This document shows positions 20,576-32,239 of a stretch of 64,000 nucleotides of DNA, piece by piece. Both the position numbers and the translations under genes were made by a program. Under the pieces are notes generated by a model, which was not told where the DNA came from, searched no databases, and was given only the letters and a program-made list of their open reading frames with translations. The DNA lies in NCBI GenBank assembly GCA_965205025.1, contig CBDBFU010000012.1, positions 352,001 through 416,000 on the forward strand. Direction: 5' to 3'. The first letter of the stretch is position 1, and every line of letters begins with the position of its first letter. This DNA is from Candidatus Poribacteria bacterium. GTDB taxonomy: Bacteria; Poribacteria; WGA-4E; WGA-3G.

Positions 20576-20965
20576 ATGGGTAACCCAGTGTTATTTCTTG
20601 AAATTGCTGGCAAGAACAGCGAATTATTAAGTGATTTTTATCGGAACGTTTTTGATTGGACAATTTTACCAATGGGTTGGAAAACTTCATACTTTCCAAA
20701 TGATATATATGGTGTTGATCCTACACCACCACCCCTTACTGACCAAGGAATTAAAGGACATATTCTCCCTTTAGATGGTTCAGAAGAAATGAATAATCGT
20801 GTCTCAATCTTTATACAGGTAGATGATATTTTTCAAACCTTAGAACTGATAAAGAATATGGGTGGTGAAGTTTTTGTTGAACCACAAATTCTACCAGAAA
20901 ACATGGGGTCAATAGCAATGTTCATTGATCCAAGTGGGAATACAGTAGGATTATATCAAATGTAA
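20576..20965 (+). CDS. VOC/glyoxalase family protein 5
   Basis: 'MGNPVLFLEI...FIDPSGNTVGL'. Confidence 0.9.
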   Translation: MGNPVLFLEIAGKNSELLSDFYRNVFDWTILPMGWKTSYFPNDIYGVDPTPPPLTDQGIKGHILPLDGSEEMNNRVSIFIQVDDIFQTLELIKNMGGEVFVEPQILPENMGSIAMFIDPSGNTVGLYQM

Positions 20966-20999
20966 TCCCTTTACTGAATTCAATAGAAGGCTGTTTTGA

Positions 21000-21036
21000 A
21001 CAAACAGAGTAGTATTTAAAAGACTACTCTGTTTGT
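21000..21036. terminator. Probable bidirectional terminator between the VOC array and metH
   Basis: 14-bp stem ACAAACAGAGTAGT / ACTACTCTGTTTGT between convergent genes. Confidence 0.65.
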
Positions 21037-21118
21037 GATAAGGAGTTGATTGATTATCCATCTTAAGTATTGACGAAAAACAAACATATATCATTTTATT
21101 TTAGCAATTATAACAAAA

Positions 21119-24100
21119 TTATTTAAGTAATGGTTTAAACCATTTTACAACTTCTGCATGATCCATTCCTGAACGATTTGAGTAATCTGTAACTTGATCC
21201 TCACCTATTCGTGCTATACTGAAATAACGTGAATCAGGATGTGAAAAATACCATCCACTCACTGAGGCAGCAGGTGACATTGCTAAACTTTCGGTTAATT
21301 CTATCCCAGTATTTTTCGTCACTTCAAGTAAGTCAAATATTATCCGTTTCTGATTATGGTCTGGACAGGCTGGATAACCAGGAGCTGGACGAATCCCTTG
21401 ATATTTTTCTCTTATTAACCCATCATTGTCTAAACTCTCATTTTTAGCATACCCCCAAAGAGAGGTCCGGACATATTCATGCATATATTCTGCAAATGCT
21501 TCTGCAAGTCTGTCTGCTAAAGCTTTCACCATTATGCTGTTATAGTCATCATGTTTCTGTTCAAACTCATTACAGAACTCAGGAACTCCAATTCCTGTGG
21601 TAACTGCAAAGGCACCAATATAGTCATTGATGGACGTGGACTTCGGTGCAATAAAATCACCAAGACTAAGGTTAGGTCTGGAGAATGGCTGTTCTGTTTG
21701 TTGACGAAAATGATGGATTTTTGCTACTATTTCTGTTCTATTGTCATCTGCATATATTTCAGTGTCATCTCCCATACTATTGGCAGGAAATATTCCAGTA
21801 ACCCCATGGGCATGTAACCTTTCCTCTTCTACAATCTTCTGTAGAAGTTCTTTAGCGTCAGAAAAGAGTTGACGTGCCTGTTCTCCCATTTCAGGGTGTT
21901 TTAGAATCTTCGGATATTTTCCTGACAATTCCCATGTAGCAAAAAATGGTGTCCAATCAATATATCTAACCAATTTCTCTAATGAGAAATTATCCAAAAC
22001 CTTGACGCCTATTTGGTTCGGCTTAGATGGATTGTAATCTTTCCAATCAAGTTCTAATTTACGTTTAATTGCTGTAGTATAGGGCAATAATTTTGATTTC
22101 TTTTGGTTCTTTGATCTACGTTTACGTACTTCAGCATACTCATCACGAGTCTTATTGATAAAAGTCTCTTGATTTTCACAGCTCAATAGTTGACTTACAA
22201 CACCAACACTTTTTGATGCATCAATGACATGGATTGTTGCCCCACTATAATTTGGTTCAATTTGTACTGCTGTATGTATTTTCGAGGTAGTAGCACCGCC
22301 AATTAATAGAGGTATATTGAAACCTTGGCGTTCCCATCTCAGATGCAACATATACCATTTCATCTAAAGATGGTGTAATTAGGCCACTCAATCCAATTAT
22401 ATCTGCATTTTCCTTCCTCGCAGTTTCCAATATATCTTCTGCTAATACTTTAACACCTAAATCTATAATATCGTAATTATTACAACCCAGTACGACACCC
22501 ACGATATTCTTTCCAATATCATGCACATCCCCTTTTACTGTAGCCATTACAATTTTGCCCCTGGATGTCAGACCACCTTCAGATTGCTCCTTTTCTATAT
22601 ATGGAATAAGATTTGATACCGCTCTTTTCATCACACGAGCACTTTTGACAACTTGAGGTAAGAACATTTTCCCATCCCCAAACAATTCACCTACTCGATC
22701 CATTCCATCCATTAATGGACCTTCTATAACCTGAATTGGACGATCATACTTAAGCCGTGCTTCCTCTGTGTCAGATTCTATATATTCTATCGTTCCCTCC
22801 ACTAAGGCATAACTTAGGCGTTCTTCAACTGACAACTTCCGCCACTGTTTATTATTTTTCTTTTTCTTCCCTTTTCGTTGTAATGTTTCAGCCAGAGTCA
22901 CCAATCTATCAGTGCCGTCGGTACGACGATTAAATAAGACATCCTCTATAGCTACCAATAACTCTTTTGGAATATCATCATATACCGTCAGTTGTCCTGC
23001 ATTTACAATCCCCATATCCATTCCTGCATTAATTGCATGATATAGAAAAGCAGCATGCATTGCTTCACGTACAGTATAGTTCCGACCAAATGAAAAGGAT
23101 AAATTACTTACACCACCACTTACCAGAGCATATGGACATGTTTTTTTAATTTCTTCACATGCCTGAATAAATGCAAGAGCATATTCATTATGTTCTTCAA
23201 TACCTGTCGCAATAGTTAATATATTTGGATCAAAAATTATATCTTCTGGAGGAAAATCAACCTTATCTACCAATAAATAATATGCCCTTTGACAGATATC
23301 CACTTTCCTTTCAAAAGAATCTGCTTGTCCAGTTTCATCAAATGCCATCACAATTACTGCAGCACCGTGTTTTCTCACAAGTTTTGCTTGCGTTATGAAC
23401 TCTTCCTCACCATCTTTTAAACTGATAGAATTGACAACACCTTTCCCTTGAATACATTCTAATCCTGCTTCAATCACTTCCCATTTACTGGAATCCAATA
23501 CTATTGGAACTTTACTTATATCAGGTTCAGAAGCGATTTAGATTTAGGAATTTCACCATTGCTGCCTTGGAGTCTAACATTCCGGCATCCATATTGATAT
23601 CTATGAGCTGTGCACCGTTTTCTACTTGATCTCGTGCTACTTCAAGTGCTGACTCGTAATCTTCATTTTCTATAAATGATGCAAATTTTCTTGAACCTGT
23701 GAAGTTTGTCCGTTCACCTATATTTACAAAAAGAGAATCTGGAGTAATATTAAAAGATTCTAATCCACTTAATCTACATGATTGGTCTCTATCAGCAGGT
23801 TGTCTGGGTGGGTATTCTGCTGCGACGCTTGCAATTCTGTGAATATGTTCAGGTTGACTACCACAACATCCGCCAACAATATTCACGAACCCATTCTGAG
23901 CAAAATCATGCATCCATTTCGCCATTTCATCAGGTGATTGGGTGTAATCGCCAAGTTCATTTGGTAGTCCAGCATTTGGATAGCAGATAGTAGGAATATC
24001 TGCCAGCTTAGACATTTCAGCTATGAAAGGTCTAATTTGTTCTGAACCAAATCCACAATTTAACCCTATTGCAAGTAGGTCTGCATGTCGTACTGAATTC

Positions 24101-24795
24101 CAGAATGCCTCAACCGTTTGTCCTGATAGGTTTCTCCCACTACCACCACTTCTATCTGATGATACAATAATTGGTATATCAATATTCATATCTTCAGCAA
24201 GAGTCTGAATTGCAAACAAGGCAGCCTTGCAGTTAAGTGTATCCATTACGGTCTCAACTAATAGAAAATCTACACCTCCATCAATCAATCCCTTTGCTTG
24301 AATAGTGTATGCAGAAACCAAGTCTGAAAAAGTAATGTTTCGAAATCCAGGGTCATTCACGTTTGGTGAAATGCAACAACTACGATTTGTTGGTCCCATA
24401 CTCCCCGCAACAAAACGAGGCTTTTTCTCTGTTGAGAATTGATCTGCAACATCCCGTGCAATTTTTGCTGCAGCAGAGTTTACTTCATAAGAATAGTCTT
24501 CCAATTGGTAATCTAACATTGAAACAGTTGTACTTGTAAAAGTATTAGTTGCAATGATATCTGCACCTGCCTCACAATAATTCGTATGTATTTCTCGAAC
24601 AATGTTGGGTTGGGTAATCGATAATAGGTCATTATAACCTTTTACATCAGATGGATGGTCAGAAAACTGGTCCCCCCGAAAATCCTCTTCTGTCAGTTGG
24701 TATGTCTGCAATAGAGATCCCATTGCTCCATCCAGGACAAGAATCCGCTGATTTAATTCAATTGAAAGGTGTTTTATTCGTTCTGGGTTAGTCAT
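21119..24795 (-). CDS. metH: Cobalamin-dependent methionine synthase, split into three ORFs by two +1 homopolymer indels
   Basis: All MetH domains present: HMT (GGCCG), pterin ([13 protein letters not shown]), B12 (GDVHDIGKN) and activation ([12 protein letters not shown]). Removing one base each at TTT 23537-23539 and CCC 22333-22335 restores FLNLIASEPD and EMERQG. Confidence 0.93.
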
Positions 24796-24981
24796 TGTAA
24801 ATCCAATATTTTATATTCATTCGGGTGATATCAACCTATATATTATACTATTGTAAGAAGGGTTTGTCCATCTCATATCAAATTATTGTTTTCAGTTTTT
24901 ACTGATACAATGATGTTCCTATTTTAATATAGTTTATGATAGAATAACTCAAATATCACATTCTAAGGAATTTAAGCTGTA

Positions 24982-25434
24982 ATGTCATTTGTTGATGATA
25001 CAATCATAGAAATAGATAGTCCACCGAATTTAATTACATACAAATTCGCTATTCAGTTTGATGTTCTACCTGAGATTACATATCTTAATCAGTCTATTCC
25101 GATTTTAATTGCAGATCTATTACCAATAATAGATGGTTTCCCAATTGACGTATGGATCTCACAAGAATCCGTAGATGAAGGATTGGATTTCTGTAGAGTT
25201 GTCTTCTGGGTATTTTCTGAATCTACAGATGCAATGAAGAGTTTTACAATCTGGTTTCAAGCTATATTTCGTGATGAGAAAGTATCTGGATTCCTTGAAC
25301 GTATAATATCGTGTGCCTTAGAGGATCCAGATAAAATTGCTATCAACCTATCGGATTGGACCCGCATATATACATCAAGTGCCGATAATCAAGCTGCTAT
25401 TGATGTAGAAGAATCAAGAATGGAACATCCTTAA
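24982..25434 (+). CDS. Hypothetical protein
   Basis: 150-aa ORF with AAGGA upstream; no recognisable motif. Confidence 0.6.
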   Translation: MSFVDDTIIEIDSPPNLITYKFAIQFDVLPEITYLNQSIPILIADLLPIIDGFPIDVWISQESVDEGLDFCRVVFWVFSESTDAMKSFTIWFQAIFRDEKVSGFLERIISCALEDPDKIAINLSDWTRIYTSSADNQAAIDVEESRMEHP

Positions 25435-26106
25435 CTTATTGATATGGGAAATATCAGAAAAGGCTTGAAAGAACTTGGTAGGTCGTAAATAAGAAGTTAT
25501 ATCTTATCTGATTTTGTAGATCATATTAGTTTTTAAGTCAGATACTTGGTGTTAACTAACACCATTTTATCCTCAGTCCCCTCGATTACAAGCGTGTATG
25601 ACAGACGGATAGTCTTCCTGTCTGGGGTATGGATTCCCTCTTTGAAAGTACATCCGTGATTTTAATGCCTTTTGGTTTCTTTCTTTTATCTTTTCTTTTA
25701 TTTTTTATCATGAATCTATCTAACATAATAAAGATCACAGTCAAACTGAATTTACTATATAATATCTATTAAGTCCTTAATATAGCATACTTTCAGGTTC
25801 TGATAAATTAAAATCATAATAATCCCAATATTTCAATCTATTTCTTACATGATAATTACTCTGGATTATCGTTGGAGTATTATACAGAAATATACGGGAA
25901 TGTATCACCATAATTACTTTAGGAGTGTCAACTTAATTCTCGTTCTATTAGTCTGTTAGAATGGTCATTTTGGGATGTAAGACTCAATATCAGTCTATAT
26001 TTTAACAACATCTATCAATCTATATATTATATAAAATGCTTTGACACTACAAACCTGTTATGTTATACTTTATCAAATGTAAATTATCAATAATAGGAGT
26101 GTTATT

Positions 26107-26826
26107 GTGATTCGTCTGTATTTGAATTTCTCTTATAATACTGTCATTTTTATTCCTTATACCTAATGGTTATTCTTTTACAGTTGAGGAGATATTTACG
26201 AATTTTCAATCCGCATATAAGAATTCTGAGAATTTCTCTGCTACCTTTGAAGAAACCACATTATACAGAAATAGAAAGAGTGTTACAATCGGACGTTTTA
26301 TTTTTGCTAAACCTAATTTACTTCGAAAAGAGTATGTATCAAAGAATGACGATAAGAAAATTACTAAGACCATAGTCATTGATGGATTATATGCTTGGTC
26401 TCATGTCCCATTACTCAATCAAGTTAATAAGATGCGATGGAATGATCCAAGCAGACGTGAACTCCTACCTGGTGCGGGTGCATCTCTTGAGGATATATCG
26501 AAAAACTATACAATGAAATTAATTCCTGATAAAGATGTGAACCCAATTGGTATCTATCTAATTCAACTCATTCCAAACAGGATAATAACAGGAGAAAATG
26601 ATAATATACAGCAGGATTCTTCAAATAGAGAAATAATTGAAATATGGCTTAAAAAAAGACGATTGGTTACCAGTACAATTCGGTTATATCAATGAATTTG
26701 AGGATGGCAGTCGTCGTAGTGTTATTTTCAAAATGACTAAAAATAGAACGGGATAAGAAATTACCCCCAAATATCTTTAAGTTTGAAACCCCAAAAAATG
26801 TAGAGGTAATCGACCTTTCAAATTAA
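26107..26826 (+). CDS. lolA: LolA-like outer-membrane lipoprotein carrier, broken by three +1 indels
   Basis: RBS AGGAG and GTG at 26107. Stitched frame reads signal peptide, then 'FSATFEET...GRFIFAKPNLLRKEY...IVIDG..AWSHVPLLNQV...IFKFETPKNVEVIDLSN'. Extra A's near 26125, 26651-26657 and 26738-26742. Confidence 0.7.
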
Positions 26827-26833
26827 TAGGTTT

Positions 26834-27434
26834 ATGAATTTTCGCTCATCTTTTCCATTGGCAAATATACTTACTTTTTCACGATTAATACTTACTATTC
26901 CATTCATTTATTTTTTTCATGTAAAAATGATATTACTTGCTGGTATCATTTTTGGTCTTGCTTCTTTTACCGATTATCTTGATGGTATAGTAGCAAGAAA
27001 GCAAGGAGTTACAAGTTTTGGAAGTTTCATGGATTCCGTGGTTGATAAGATTCTTATTGGTGCAGCTTTAATTTGTTTATACCTTTATCAACATGAATAT
27101 TTACTTGAAAATGGAAACTCTAATTCCTATCTGGATGGTAATTGTCATACTTGGACGAGAAGTTTTAATAACTTTATTTAGAACAATCGTTGTTGCTAAA
27201 CATGGAGAGGTAATTTCTGCTAATCGATGGGGAAAATATAAAACAACTTCACAAGTCATCGTAATTTCTATAAGTTTAGTTTTATTATGGCTTATATCTG
27301 AATCTCAATTTGTAATACAACCGTATGGTCCAATATTCTTTCTAATGTTGATCCCATTGTTTTTAACTGTCGCATCTGGATTAGAGATTATTATAGGTAA
27401 TAGTAGTTCCATAATAACCAAACAAAGTGAATAG
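26834..27434 (+). CDS. pgsA: CDP-diacylglycerol--glycerol-3-phosphate phosphatidyltransferase (one +1 indel near 27108-27117)
   Basis: 'NILTFSRL', 'TDYLDGIVARKQGVTSFGSFMDSVVDK', then 'GREVLIT' and 'GKYKT' in the second frame. Confidence 0.85.
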
Positions 27435-27440
27435 TCTCTT

Positions 27441-28025
27441 TTGGAGCTAAATGTGGGTAATTCTGATTCTATAAGGTGTTTTGTAGCAATAGAAATTCCT
27501 ATGAAGATACAGAACTTAATATTGGAAATTCAGGGAAGATTACACAATAAGTTACCTAAAGCCACGTGGACAAAACCTGGAAATCATCATCTGACATTAA
27601 AGTTCTTAGGAAATGTAAAACAGCATCAAATTACAAGAATCAAAGATGTCTTAAGCGTAGTCGCCTCAAAGAGTGAACAATTCAAAACAGAAATTGGAGG
27701 ATTAGGAGTATTTCCAAATTGGGAACGTCCACGAGTACTATGGATTGGTCTTAAACAAGGAAACCAAAAAATTAGGACATTGTCTGCATCTATTAATAAG
27801 GGTATGGAAGTTTTACACTATCCAATTGATACACGTTTCCATCCTCATTTTACACTCGCGAGATTCAAGAAACAGGTGAATATTCAAAATAGTTCAGATT
27901 CATTCTCCCAATATGAAACTCTTGCAAATTCAGATTTTTTAATTAATGAATTTACTCTGGTAAAAAGCGAATTACACCCTAATGGTGCAGTCTATACACC
28001 AATCAATACTTTTAAATTGTATTAG
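27441..28025 (+). CDS. thpR: RNA 2',3'-cyclic phosphodiesterase (2H family)
   Basis: Two HxT motifs, 'HLTLKFLG' and 'HFTLAR'; also 'RCFVAI' and 'SEL...GAVY'. Confidence 0.9.
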   Translation: MELNVGNSDSIRCFVAIEIPMKIQNLILEIQGRLHNKLPKATWTKPGNHHLTLKFLGNVKQHQITRIKDVLSVVASKSEQFKTEIGGLGVFPNWERPRVLWIGLKQGNQKIRTLSASINKGMEVLHYPIDTRFHPHFTLARFKKQVNIQNSSDSFSQYETLANSDFLINEFTLVKSELHPNGAVYTPINTFKLY

Positions 28026-28038
28026 GAGATAACCAATT

Positions 28039-29179
28039 ATGGCAAAAGATGATATAAAGAAAAATGAAAAAGATACTGAAGAGGAAAAAAACGATAAAGA
28101 GAAAAAGAAAGCTGTTGATGATGCAATTTCTCAGGTAGAACGCGCCTATGGTAAAGGTTCAATTATGCGTTTTACTGACAATGAAGTCGTTCCAGTAGAG
28201 GTGATACCAACAGGTGCACTTTCACTTGATATAGCATTAGGTGTTGGGGGTGTGCCAAGAGGGAGAATCATTGAAGTCTTTGGACATGAAGGTACAGGTA
28301 AAACAACATTAGCCCTTCACATTGTGTCAGAAGCACAAAAAATGGGTGGAATTGCAGCTTTTGATAGATGTTGAACACGCATTAGATACGAGTTATGCAC
28401 GTAATATTGGTGTAAATCTTGAGAATTTACTTATATCACAACCAGATGCCGGTGAACAAGCACTTGAAATTGTAGAAACACTTATACGAAGTGGTGCAAT
28501 TGATGTAGTCGTGGTTGATTCTGTGGCTGCATTAACTCCTCAGGCGGAAGTTGAAGGGGAAATGGGGGATGCCCATGTCGGATTACTTCCAAGATTAATG
28601 TCTAAAGCATTAAGAAAACTGTCAGGTGTTACAAATAAATCAAAAACATGTGTGATTTTCACCAATCAGATACGTCAAAAAATCGGTTTAATGTTTGGCA
28701 ATCCTGACACTACACCAGGGGGTCTGGCACTCAAGTTTCATGCATCCGTAAGATTAGAAATACGTCGTGCTCAACAAATAAAAGAAGGTACAGATGTACT
28801 GGGGAATAGAGTTCTTACTAAAGTGGTGAAAAACAAAGTGGCTCCGCCATTTAAAGAAGCTGAATTTGATGTCACATTTGGAAAAGGCATCTCCAAAGAA
28901 GGGAATTTATTAGATATTGCAGTGGAAGCTGGGATGGTAGAAAAAAGAGGTTCTTGGTTTTCATATAATAATGAACGGATTGGGCAAGGTAGAAATAGTG
29001 CAAAGACATACCTTGAAGAGAATCCAGAGATAACTGCTGAACTTGATCAGAAAATTAGAGAAAACCTTACATCTATCTCAACAGATTCTGGTATTGGTAA
29101 AATTCCTGGAATTGAATCCGTAGATGAGATTGCAACAGAATTTGAAGATTCTAATGATAACGACGATGAAGATAATTAG
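28039..29179 (+). CDS. recA: Recombinase RecA (one +1 indel at T run 28359-28362)
   Basis: '[16 protein letters not shown]', 'DSVAAL', 'FTNQIR', '[14 protein letters not shown]' and 'KNKVAPPF'. Confidence 0.95.
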
Positions 29180-29371
29180 AAGATTCTATGAAATGTCCTG
29201 GTAAACCCAAAATATAGATTTCAGTATTATTCATAGATTAAGTTCTATAACATTTCTTGATTTTTCTTGATGTAATTCACTTTCAGTGATATACTATTCA
29301 CACATTGGACTATACGATAAAAACTATTCTTCATTAAAATTACTTTCAATGTAAAGTGAGTAAACCTTCCT

Positions 29372-31168
29372 ATGGCAAGCAAAACAGAGACCACATTTGA
29401 ATTTCCAAAAGAGCAAGACGTTGAGGATACATCACCCGTAAACGATGATAAGCCTCAAAATGCCGGTGAACTTAATTGGCAGATTGAAATGTTACAGAAT
29501 GAAGTGTCTGATCTTAGGCGCCAACTTCGATCATCTCCAGATGAGGATGTGGATGCACGTTTGTATGATATGACACGGGAACTGATGCAAGCACACCGTC
29601 GTAATCGTAAACTTACCACTACTCTACAAGAAGCAAAAGAAAAGCTTGAATTACTCAAAGAGAAGGTAAAACAGTTAAGTGAACCCCCCAATAATTATGG
29701 TATATTCTTAACTGCAAATGATGATAATACTGCTGATATAGATATTGGTGGAAAAAAGTGGCGTGTTAACCTTGATCCAACTATCAAGGTAGAAGAATTA
29801 CACTCTGGACAAGAAGTTATAGTTAATAGTAGCTTAAATGTAGTAGCTATTAAGACACCTGAAAAACATGGTGATATTGTAAAAATCAAAGAAGTGTTGG
29901 AATCTGATAGAGCAATTGTAAGTCTGAGAACAGATGAAGAACAAGTTGTACGCATGTCCGCCGCGCTGAAAGATGAACCATTGAAAACTGGGGATAGTGT
30001 ATTATTAAATCATTCGAGTGGGATGCTTCTTGAAAAGTTACCACAAAGAGAACTTAAGGACTTACTACTTGAGGAAGTCCCAGATATTAGTTACACCGAT
30101 ATTGGTGGATTAGACACACAGATAGAGGCAATACGTGATGCCATAGAGATGCCGTATTTATATCCAGATGAATATAAGGAATTTGATCTTACACCACCCA
30201 AGGGTGTGTTACTTTATGGTCCACCAGGATGTGGAAAAACATTAATAGCACGAGCAGTGGCAAATAGTCTCGCAGAACGGATTCGACAACAATCTAATAG
30301 AGATGATATAAAAGGATATTTCATCAATATCAAGGGTCCAGAACTATTGAATAAATATGTTGGTGAAACAGAAAGAAAAATACGAGAGGTTTTTGAAAAA
30401 GCACGTGAAAAATCCAGAGAAGGTTTTCCTGTTGTTATCTTCTTTGATGAAATGGATTCTCTATTTCGGTCGCGGGGAATGGGTATTTCATCAGATATGG
30501 AATCAACACTTGTACCTCAATTCCTTGCAGAAATAGATGGAGTTGACAACCTAAGAGATGTTATTGTAATAGGAGCAAGTAATCGTCAGGATCTTCTTGA
30601 TCCTGCTGTTCTCAGGCCAGGAAGACTTGATATAAAAATCAAAATTGATCGACCAAATCCAGATGGGGCAAAAGATATTTTCAGAATCTATTTAACACCT
30701 GAATTACCATTTGCAAATGTTGAATTAGACAAATTTGATGGTGATCTACATAAGGTTGCTGACAACCTAATCAATCAAGCTGTTGATGAGATGTATGCAA
30801 CCACTGAAGATAACAGATTCATTGAAGTTACATACACACGAGGAGAAAGAGAAACACTCTTCTTTAAAGATTTTGTTAGTGGTGCAATGATTAAGAATAT
30901 AGTCTCACGTGCCAAGAAATCTGCAATTAAGCGTCTAATTAGTTCTGAAGGGAAAGAAAAAGGATTGACACTTGAGGACTTGAAGTCTGCTATACGTGAA
31001 GAGTATCGTGAGAATGAAGATCTGCCAAATACAACCAATCCTGATGACTGGGCAAAGATATCTGGAAGAAAGGGTGAAAAAATTGTCAATATTCGCGCTC
31101 TTATTAATGAACCAGAATCACGTAAGAAGCCTGATGTAAGAGTGAGTAAAGGTGGAACATACCTATAG
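29372..31168 (+). CDS. arc: Proteasome-associated AAA ATPase ARC/Mpa
   Basis: N-terminal coiled coil and OB domains ('PPNNYG'), 'GPPGCGKT', 'NIKGPELLNKYVGETER', 'FFDEMDSLFR', 'ENEDLPNTTNPDDWAKISG' and C-terminal GTYL. Confidence 0.95.
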   Translation: MASKTETTFEFPKEQDVEDTSPVNDDKPQNAGELNWQIEMLQNEVSDLRRQLRSSPDEDVDARLYDMTRELMQAHRRNRKLTTTLQEAKEKLELLKEKVKQLSEPPNNYGIFLTANDDNTADIDIGGKKWRVNLDPTIKVEELHSGQEVIVNSSLNVVAIKTPEKHGDIVKIKEVLESDRAIVSLRTDEEQVVRMSAALKDEPLKTGDSVLLNHSSGMLLEKLPQRELKDLLLEEVPDISYTDIGGLDTQIEAIRDAIEMPYLYPDEYKEFDLTPPKGVLLYGPPGCGKTLIARAVANSLAERIRQQSNRDDIKGYFINIKGPELLNKYVGETERKIREVFEKAREKSREGFPVVIFFDEMDSLFRSRGMGISSDMESTLVPQFLAEIDGVDNLRDVIVIGASNRQDLLDPAVLRPGRLDIKIKIDRPNPDGAKDIFRIYLTPELPFANVELDKFDGDLHKVADNLINQAVDEMYATTEDNRFIEVTYTRGERETLFFKDFVSGAMIKNIVSRAKKSAIKRLISSEGKEKGLTLEDLKSAIREEYRENEDLPNTTNPDDWAKISGRKGEKIVNIRALINEPESRKKPDVRVSKGGTYL

Positions 31169-31242
31169 CATTAGTTCATCCAGAATCTCATGGTGAAGAT
31201 GAAGAACCGCATGAACATAGCGGTCCATAGGAGGATGATTCT

Positions 31243-32154
31243 ATGCACATTAAATCAGTTTCGTTTATCACTGTCAGTCTGTCCGTATTATTTATACTTG
31301 TGATCATGGGTTTGTTTTTTTATTCTGCCAAAAATGAACCGCTAAACATAGAGATCTCTGAACGAGAAGAGAAGGAAACAATGGATGAGAATGTAGCGTT
31401 ATCTGGAGAGACAACAATACCAGCAGAAGTTTCCTCACGTATCAACTCATATCGTGAGAAAATAGGATTACCAGAGAATTATTATGAATTATTTGATAAT
31501 AGCGATTTAACCTCGCTACAAGATTTAAAGAAGTTACAAGAGATGCTTGATAAGCATATTGAAAAACTAAAAGCACACGGTATGTACCATCCGCTGCGAG
31601 AACCCGACCCTACCGTTGAAAAAGCGAAGCAAACTATTGCCGAAGTAGATGCTTTTCTTGTTAAAAGTAACCGTGAAATTGAAGAACAGAAAAAGATCGT
31701 ATTCGAAATGAGTGAGAGTATTGATCGCTTTACAAAAAAGACTCGCGAAAGATCCAGGCGTGTCAAGGCTTGGTTGGATCAGATCGAGAACACAAAATCT
31801 ACAAAAACGTCTCCATCTGACACAAAACGGACACCCATAAACACAAGTGCGTGGCAAAACGATCTGGATACCTATATGACGATGCTGGATGATGATATCC
31901 TGAAAAAGTATCCGATGGCAACATTCGTTCAATCTCTATCGAAAAAAGAAATTGATACCCATTTTGATACTGATTCAAAGTCGTTCTTACAAAGCCAACA
32001 AAAGCAGATGGTGACTGATATATCGCAAAGGGTCAATCAATATTTATCAGAAAATGGAGACAACAGAACTGATAAAATTAACTATATACATGAAAAACTA
32101 TCGCAATATTGGGATGCAGATATAGTTAGGCAAATCAGCAGCCAACTTAAGTGA
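31243..32154 (+). CDS. Orphan protein with N-terminal membrane anchor and coiled coils
   Basis: RBS AGGAGG, hydrophobic N-terminus and helical body; no family recognised. Confidence 0.75.
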   Translation: MHIKSVSFITVSLSVLFILVIMGLFFYSAKNEPLNIEISEREEKETMDENVALSGETTIPAEVSSRINSYREKIGLPENYYELFDNSDLTSLQDLKKLQEMLDKHIEKLKAHGMYHPLREPDPTVEKAKQTIAEVDAFLVKSNREIEEQKKIVFEMSESIDRFTKKTRERSRRVKAWLDQIENTKSTKTSPSDTKRTPINTSAWQNDLDTYMTMLDDDILKKYPMATFVQSLSKKEIDTHFDTDSKSFLQSQQKQMVTDISQRVNQYLSENGDNRTDKINYIHEKLSQYWDADIVRQISSQLK

Positions 32155-32239
32155 AGTTGTGTGTCTATTGTAAAACAACTTTCTACGACTATTGTTTGTG
32201 GACTTGTATTTAGTTTTTTATTTTATGACGAAAGAGAAT

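Noticed and set aside
24796-24981. SAM or cobalamin riboswitch upstream of metH (also checked upstream of the corrinoid gene)
   Set aside because: I saw no recognisable conserved cores in these short AT-rich leaders; an Rfam scan would be decisive.
21119-29179. Programmed frameshifting or true pseudogenes in metH, recA, pgsA and lolA
   Set aside because: The shifts sit in short homopolymers without slippery-site or stimulator structure, the flanking protein sequence is intact, and they cluster spatially, as assembly errors do.
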